Shown here: positions 58,561 to 64,000 of the stretch, piece after piece | Layout of the letters: each line of letters starts with the position of its first letter | Numbering within the stretch: the first letter of the stretch is position 1 | Assembly (NCBI GenBank): GCA_963771355.1 | Contig: CAVYTA010000006.1 | Span: 2,272,001 to 2,336,000 of the forward strand | Length of the DNA: 64,000 nt | DNA from: an uncultured Candidatus Rokubacteria bacterium | GTDB taxonomy: Bacteria > Methylomirabilota > Methylomirabilia > Rokubacteriales > CSP1-6 | Reading direction: 5' to 3' | The notes under the pieces: model-generated | The model's database searches: none | Seen by the model: only the letters and a program-made list of their open reading frames with translations | Told to the model about the DNA's origin: nothing | Position numbers and translations under genes: made by a program

Positions 58561-59501
58561 CGCCGTCGCACCCGCGGGTCGATGAGGCCGTAGAGGACGT
58601 CGGTGATCAGGTTGACCAGCATGAACATGGCGCCGATGACGAGCACCGTGCTCTGCACCACGGGATAGTTGCGCTCGAGCACGGCGTCGAGCGTCATGCG
58701 CCCGACCCCGGGGAGGGTGAAGATCATCTCGACCACGATGGCGCCGCCCAGCATGTACCCCACTTGCAGGCCGAGCACGGTGACGATGGGGATGGCGGCG
58801 TTCGGCAGGACGTGTCGGAAGAGGATGGCCCGCTCGCCGAGACCCTTGGCGCGGGCGTACTGCACGAAGCCGCGGTGCATGGTGTCGAGCACGGCGGCGC
58901 GGGTGAGCCGCCCGAGCACGGCGGCGCGGCTCACCGCGAGGGTGAGGGCGGGGAGCGCGAGGTGAACGAGATTGTCCGCGGGGCTCTCCGCGAAGGGCAC
59001 CCAGCCGCCCGAGGGCATGAGCCCCGCGCCCAGGGAGAGCCCGAGGATGAGCATGATGCCCAGCCAGAAGTCCGGGATGGAGACGCCCACCAGCCCGACC
59101 GCGAGGGCGGCCCGGTCGGCGGCGCTGCCACGCCGGCCGCCGGCGAGAAGCCCCAGCGGCACGCCGATGAGGGCGGTGCAGGCGGCGGCGAGGAGCGTCA
59201 GCTCGAGCGTGACGGGGAGGCGGTCGAGGATCATCCGTCCGATGGGCTCGTTCTGGCGGAAGTCGAGGCCGAAGTCTCCGCGGGCCACGCCGCCGAGCCA
59301 GCGGAGGTACTGCTGCGCGACGGACTCGTCGAGGTGGAAGGCCTCGCGGAGGGCGCGGATCCCCTCCGGCGTCGCCTTGAAGCCCAGCACCACCACCGCG
59401 GGGTCGCCCGGCACCACCCGCATGAGCGCGAAGACGAGCACGCTCATGCCCAGCAGCAGCGGCACGGCCAGGGCGAGCCGTCGCGCCGCGTAGACGAGCA
59501 T
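58557..59501 (-). CDS. Peptide/nickel-type ABC permease (DppB-like)
   Basis: PGDP, GDFG, RLPVTLEL, PDFWLG, ARAKGL, VEMIFTLPG. Confidence 0.92.
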   Translation of the reverse strand: MLVYAARRLALAVPLLLGMSVLVFALMRVVPGDPAVVVLGFKATPEGIRALREAFHLDESVAQQYLRWLGGVARGDFGLDFRQNEPIGRMILDRLPVTLELTLLAAACTALIGVPLGLLAGGRRGSAADRAALAVGLVGVSIPDFWLGIMLILGLSLGAGLMPSGGWVPFAESPADNLVHLALPALTLAVSRAAVLGRLTRAAVLDTMHRGFVQYARAKGLGERAILFRHVLPNAAIPIVTVLGLQVGYMLGGAIVVEMIFTLPGVGRMTLDAVLERNYPVVQSTVLVIGAMFMLVNLITDVLYGLIDPRVRRR

Positions 59502-59513
59502 GGGCCGTGGTGA

Positions 59514-61074
59514 TCAGCCCAGCCAGGTGTCCTCGAAGCGCAGCTCGAGGGAGGACAGCGGCACGGATCCCTGCACGTTGGGCTTCATCCAGTAGCGCTG
59601 GATTTCATTGCTGAAGATGACGAGCGAGCCCTCCTCCTGGAAGAAGCGCACGAGGTCCGGGATACATCCGCCTGCGCGCGACCTGGTTCGGGGTGGTGCG
59701 GAAGGCGTCGAGGCGCTTGTCCGCCTCCTCGGACTTGAAGCCGGTGAAATTCCAGCCCGAGGAGGAGTGCTGCATCGGGTAGTAGAACATGTCGGGGTCC
59801 ACGGTGACGCTCCACCAGGCGCCGGCGATGTCGTACTTCTTGCCCACCAGCTCCTCGAAGTACTGGCCCGACTCGAGCGGCCGGACCTCCAGCGTGATCC
59901 CGACCTTCTTCAGCTGCTCGCGCAGAATCTCGCCCGTCTTCACCAGCACCGGCACCTGCGACTTCACGAGATAGGTAAGGGTGAGGCCGCCGCCCTTGCC
60001 CGCCTCCGCGAGGAGCTGCTTCGCCTTGGCCAAGTCGGGCCCGCCCTTGTGGACGTTCACGTTGGTCGCCCACGGGCTCGGTTCCGGCGTGGGCTCGGCG
60101 GTGACGGTGTGGGAGTCGTAGTAGACGAGCTTCACGATCTCGGAGCGGTCCAGCACCCAGGCGATGGCCTGGCGCAGCCGCTTGTCGTTCAGCGGGGGGC
60201 GGCTGGCGTTCAGCATGAGGAAGAAGGGGAAGTACGGCCGTCCGGGCGAGGCCTTCATGTCACGGGCCCTTTCCAGCTCGGCGATGCGCTGCGGCGGCAC
60301 AGTCTGTATCCACTGGTAGCGCCCGGTCTGAAGCCCGGTGAGGCGCACGGTGTCGTCGGCGGGCGCGTAGAAGATCACGCGGTCGAGATAGGGCTTGCCG
60401 GGACGGAAGTACTTGTCCCAGCGCTCGAGCGTGATGTGGTCGTCCTTCACCCACTCCACGAACTTGAAGGGCCCGGTGCCCACGGGGAAGAGCTTGGGGT
60501 CCTTCTCGCCGATGGCCTTCTCGTTGACGATCTCGGTGGCCTGGGACAGGACGGCCAGGAAGGGCCCGTACGGACGGCTCAGGTTGAAGCGCACCTGATA
60601 CTGGCCGATCGCCTCCACGCCCTCTACCGGCGAGAAGAACACACGCATGGGCAGCTTGTTCTTGGCGTCGAGGAGGCGGTTGAAGGTGAAGACCACGTCC
60701 TTGGCGGTGAAGGGCTCGCCGTTGTGGAAGGTGGCATTGTCCACCAGATCGAAGGTCCACGCTTTTTCGCCGTCCTGCTTCCAGGACTTCGCGAGCCCGG
60801 GGACGAACTGCCCGGCCTCGTCCACGTAGACCAGCTTGTTGTAGACGTTCTGGTAGACCTGGAGCGAGGAGTAGAGCTGGGCGAAGCCGGGATCCATGTT
60901 CACCGGCTTGTCCACGGTGGCGACGCGCAGGATGCCGCCGCGCTTGGGCTGGCCCTGCGCCCACGCCGCGCGCTGCACGCCGGGGCCGACGAGCGAGCCG
61001 AGTCCGGCGCCGGCGGCCAGCACACCGGTTTGCTTCAGCCACTCCCGCCGCGTGCTACCCGTCGAATCCGTCAT
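59514..61074 (-). CDS. Family 5 ABC substrate-binding protein with Tat signal; indel near 59660
   Basis: STRREWLK Tat motif, PGLAKSW, FHNGEPFTAKDV, GTGPFK; C-terminus LRFEDTWLG* in a shifted frame. Confidence 0.85.
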
Positions 61075-62255
61075 GGCGATGTCTCCTTTTGGGCGAAGCC
61101 GTCTTTCATGACGAGGCGGACCCGGCGAAGCGCCTCGATGTCCGCCAGCGGATTGCCCTCGATCGCGATCAGATCGGCCCGCTTGCCCGGGGTGAGCGTC
61201 CCGAGGTCGCCGTCCACCCGGCACGCCTCGGCGCCGCCGCGGGTGCCCGCGATGAGCGCATCATGCGCCGACACGCCGAGCCGCACCAGCGTGGCCATCT
61301 CGAAGGCCATGAGCCCGTGCATGCTGTCCGTGCCCACGGCGATGCGGATGCCGGAGGCCAGATGCCGGGGGAAGTTCTCCGCGACGACACGCCGGGCCCA
61401 CAGCACCTTGTCCATGATGGCGGAGTTCCGGCCGTCGCCCTGCTCGATGCCGGTGGGGTGCATGAATATCGAGAAGGTACAGACCAGCCGGACGTCGCGC
61501 TCCTTCATGAGCGCGATGTCGTCGTCGCTGGCGAGTACGCCATGCTCGATGGTGGATACGCCCTCCTCCACGGAGAGGCGCAGGCCCAGCCCGCCGTGGG
61601 CGTGGGCGGCGGCGTACTTGCCCACGCGGTGGGCCTCCTCCACCGCGGCGCGGATCTCCTCCCGGGAATAGACGCTCGCTTGGAGGGTGGTGTTCGACGA
61701 GCTCACGCCACCGGTGGCGAAGAGCTTCACGTGATCGGCCCCGTGCTGGAAGTTCTCGCGCACGCCGCGGCGGATCTCGTCCACGCCGTCGAAGGCAGTA
61801 TGGGCGCGGCCGTGCCCGTTGCTGGCGGTGATGCCGCGGGTGGCGCAGAGGAGCCGCGGGCCGGGGATGACGCCGGCCTCGATGGCGTCACGCACCTGCA
61901 CGTCGAGGAAGTTCTCCTCCGCCATGACGCGCATGGTGGTGGTGCCGGCGGCGAGGTCGCGGCGGAGGTTGGCGGTGGCGCGGAGCGCCTGGGGCACGGG
62001 GGCCTGGCGGAGCTGGCCGATCTGATCGCCGGCGCCGGGGACGATGGAGATATGGCTGTGGGCGTCCACGAAGCCGGGCATCACGAAGCGGTCGCCGAGC
62101 TCCAGGCGCTCGGCGCCGGCGGGGACGGGCGTCGTCGCGGCGGGCCCCGCGGCGGCGATGCGGCCGTCTTCCACGAGAAGCATCGCGTCGCGCGTCGGCG
62201 CGGCGCCGGTGCCGTCGAAGAGGGTGCCGCAGCGGATGGCGCGCACGGTGCTCAT
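61071..62255 (-). CDS. Amidohydrolase family protein (Xaa-Pro dipeptidase-like)
   Basis: MPGFVDAHSH, VKLFATGG, AAHAHG, IEHG, GTD, GKRADL. Confidence 0.9.
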   Translation of the reverse strand: MSTVRAIRCGTLFDGTGAAPTRDAMLLVEDGRIAAAGPAATTPVPAGAERLELGDRFVMPGFVDAHSHISIVPGAGDQIGQLRQAPVPQALRATANLRRDLAAGTTTMRVMAEENFLDVQVRDAIEAGVIPGPRLLCATRGITASNGHGRAHTAFDGVDEIRRGVRENFQHGADHVKLFATGGVSSSNTTLQASVYSREEIRAAVEEAHRVGKYAAAHAHGGLGLRLSVEEGVSTIEHGVLASDDDIALMKERDVRLVCTFSIFMHPTGIEQGDGRNSAIMDKVLWARRVVAENFPRHLASGIRIAVGTDSMHGLMAFEMATLVRLGVSAHDALIAGTRGGAEACRVDGDLGTLTPGKRADLIAIEGNPLADIEALRRVRLVMKDGFAQKETSP

Positions 62256-62268
62256 GGCGATGGGCGCC

Positions 62269-63960
62269 CTACGCCCCCGCGGCGGAGGCGCCGTAGTCGC
62301 GCCGCGCCGCCTCCGATGAGACGTAGCCCTCGCGTACGTCGCGGCGGACCGCCTCGGGATCGCGCTCGGCGGGCGGGCCGTAGCCGCCGCCCCCGCCCGT
62401 CATGATGCGCACGCGCTCGCCCGCCTCGATGGGATGCTGGGTGGCCTTGCGCACGTGGCGGATGGCGCCGTCGGGCGCGGTGATCTCCACGCCGTTCACG
62501 GCACCCTCGCGCCCCCCGCGGAGACCCCAGGGCGGCGTCACCTTGCGCTCCAGGCTGAAGGTGATGAAGGCGGGGGTGAGAAACTCGTACACGCGCTCGA
62601 TCCCGAGCCCGCCGCGATGGCGGCCGGCGCCGCCCGAGTCGGGACGGAGCGAGTAGCGGAGGATGCGGATGGCGCCGTTGCGCGACTCCACGACCTCGAC
62701 GGGATTGTTGCGGGCGGTGGAGCCCGCGAAGATGATCATCCCCGACTCGCCATCGTAGGTGGGACGGGCGCCGGTGCCGCCGGCGTTGAGGTCGCCCTGG
62801 ATGAAGAGCCGCCCCGTCTCGGGATGCGTGCCGAAGGCGATGGTCGGCATCTGGTCGCCGTAGGAGCCGGCGGGAATCTGCCCGCGCATGCCTTCCGACA
62901 GGGCGCGCAGGCCGAGGTCGATGAGCAGGTTGATGGGGACGTAGTAGCGCGCGGTGGGAGCGGGCTCCTGAGCCGCCAGCACCGAGCCCGGCGGGATCAG
63001 GACGGTGAGCGGGCGGAAGCAGCCCTCGTCCACCGGGGTCAGGGGCGTGGTCAGGCACTTGATGAGGAGCCGGCACGCGCTGATGGTGATGGCGTCGCCG
63101 CAGTTGAAGGGCCCCACCACCTGCGGGCTCGAGCCCGTGAAGTCCACCGTCATGCCGCCCTCGTCCACCGTGATCGCCATCTCGACGCGCACCGGCTGGT
63201 CGAGGCTGATGCCGTCGTTGTCGAAGTGGCCGATCGCCTGATAGCGGCCCCGGGGAATGCGTGCCAGCTCGGCGCGGGTGCGACGCTCCGACTGCTCCAT
63301 GTAGACGCGCGTGGACTCGAGCACGGTATCGCGCCCGTACTTGGCGAGGATTTCGCGGAAGTAGGACTCGCCGGCGCGGCAGACGGCGATCATGGCCTGG
63401 ATGTCCTTGAGGGTGCCGCTCTCCGTGCGGATGTTCCCACGGATCACCCGCATGACCTCGTCGTTGAGGTCCCCACGGCTGAACAGACGCACGGACTGAA
63501 AACGTAGGCCTTCCTGGCGGAACTCGCGCGAGCCCACCTGCATGCTACTGGGCACGGGCCCGCCCACGTCGCTCCAGTGCGCCTTCACCGAGACGAAGCC
63601 GGTGAGCAGGCCCTCCCAGAACACGGGGGCGTACATGGCGACGTCGTTGAGGTGATTGCCGTTCCCCGCGTACGGGTCGTTATGGATGAAGATGTCGCCT
63701 TCGCGGAAGGCCTCGATACCCCGGTCGCGCACCGTCGCCTCGATGGGGAAGCCGAGGTGACCCTGGAAGACGGGCAGGCCGATGCCCTGGGCGATCATCT
63801 GCACGTCGGGGTCGAAGATGGCGCAGCCGAAGTCGAGGCTCTCGCTGATGATGTGGTTGTAGGCGGTCTTGATCATGGTGATGCGCATGCGCTCGGCGGC
63901 GGCATTGAGGGCGGCGCGCACCACCTCCACGGTCACGGCATCGAGTGGCAGATTACCCAT
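62269..63960 (-). CDS. Hydantoinase B/oxoprolinase family protein
   Basis: NDPY..G.HLND, HWSDVGG, QEG, DFTGSS, DSGGAGRHRGG, GGGGGYG. Confidence 0.92.
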   Translation of the reverse strand: MGNLPLDAVTVEVVRAALNAAAERMRITMIKTAYNHIISESLDFGCAIFDPDVQMIAQGIGLPVFQGHLGFPIEATVRDRGIEAFREGDIFIHNDPYAGNGNHLNDVAMYAPVFWEGLLTGFVSVKAHWSDVGGPVPSSMQVGSREFRQEGLRFQSVRLFSRGDLNDEVMRVIRGNIRTESGTLKDIQAMIAVCRAGESYFREILAKYGRDTVLESTRVYMEQSERRTRAELARIPRGRYQAIGHFDNDGISLDQPVRVEMAITVDEGGMTVDFTGSSPQVVGPFNCGDAITISACRLLIKCLTTPLTPVDEGCFRPLTVLIPPGSVLAAQEPAPTARYYVPINLLIDLGLRALSEGMRGQIPAGSYGDQMPTIAFGTHPETGRLFIQGDLNAGGTGARPTYDGESGMIIFAGSTARNNPVEVVESRNGAIRILRYSLRPDSGGAGRHRGGLGIERVYEFLTPAFITFSLERKVTPPWGLRGGREGAVNGVEITAPDGAIRHVRKATQHPIEAGERVRIMTGGGGGYGPPAERDPEAVRRDVREGYVSSEAARRDYGASAAGA

Positions 63961-63961
63961 C

Positions 63962-64000
63962 TCAGGCCCCCTTGGCGACGTCGATGACGAGACAGGCGTT
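63962..64000 (-). CDS. 3' end of upstream gene, probably hydantoinase A/oxoprolinase (partial)
   Basis: NACLVIDVAKGA* ends 1 bp before the hydantoinase B start; identity inferred from context. Confidence 0.45.
   Translation of the reverse strand, partial: NACLVIDVAKGA

Overview
High-GC bacterial chromosomal window. Gene content is reminiscent of Ca. Rokubacteria/Methylomirabilota (TRAP and peptide-type ABC transporters, LLM, UbiD, zinc-ribbon/class III cyclase/AAA/TPR protein); this is an impression, not a taxonomic result. About 55 genes. Eight otherwise intact genes carry single-base indels, probably long-read assembly errors. Highlights: (1) two selenoproteins that the ORF track splits at in-frame UGA codons, each followed by a SECIS-like hairpin: a UGSC-family protein (6822-7334) in an IclR-LLM-TRAP operon, and a UxxC AhpC/TSA-like protein (47774-48310). 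(2) The latter lies in an unusual ergothioneine-type locus (egtD, Egt1-like egtB, Sec-redoxin, PRTase-fold orphan, betaine-type ABC importer, cNMP-TrxB) with no C-S lyase, flanked by a murB scar and an IS91 remnant. (3) A decayed integrase island (about 1-2010) holds two paralogous zinc-finger microprotein modules and a thrice-repeated palindrome AAAGTGTTC-N6-G(A/G)ACA. (4) An S8 protease, ATP-grasp ligase and two-microprotein operon. (5) A type III PKS cluster, a PTS-independent peptidoglycan-sugar recycling cluster, and frequent leaderless promoters. No rRNA, tRNA or CRISPR array was seen. All product calls come from motif recognition by eye, without database searches.
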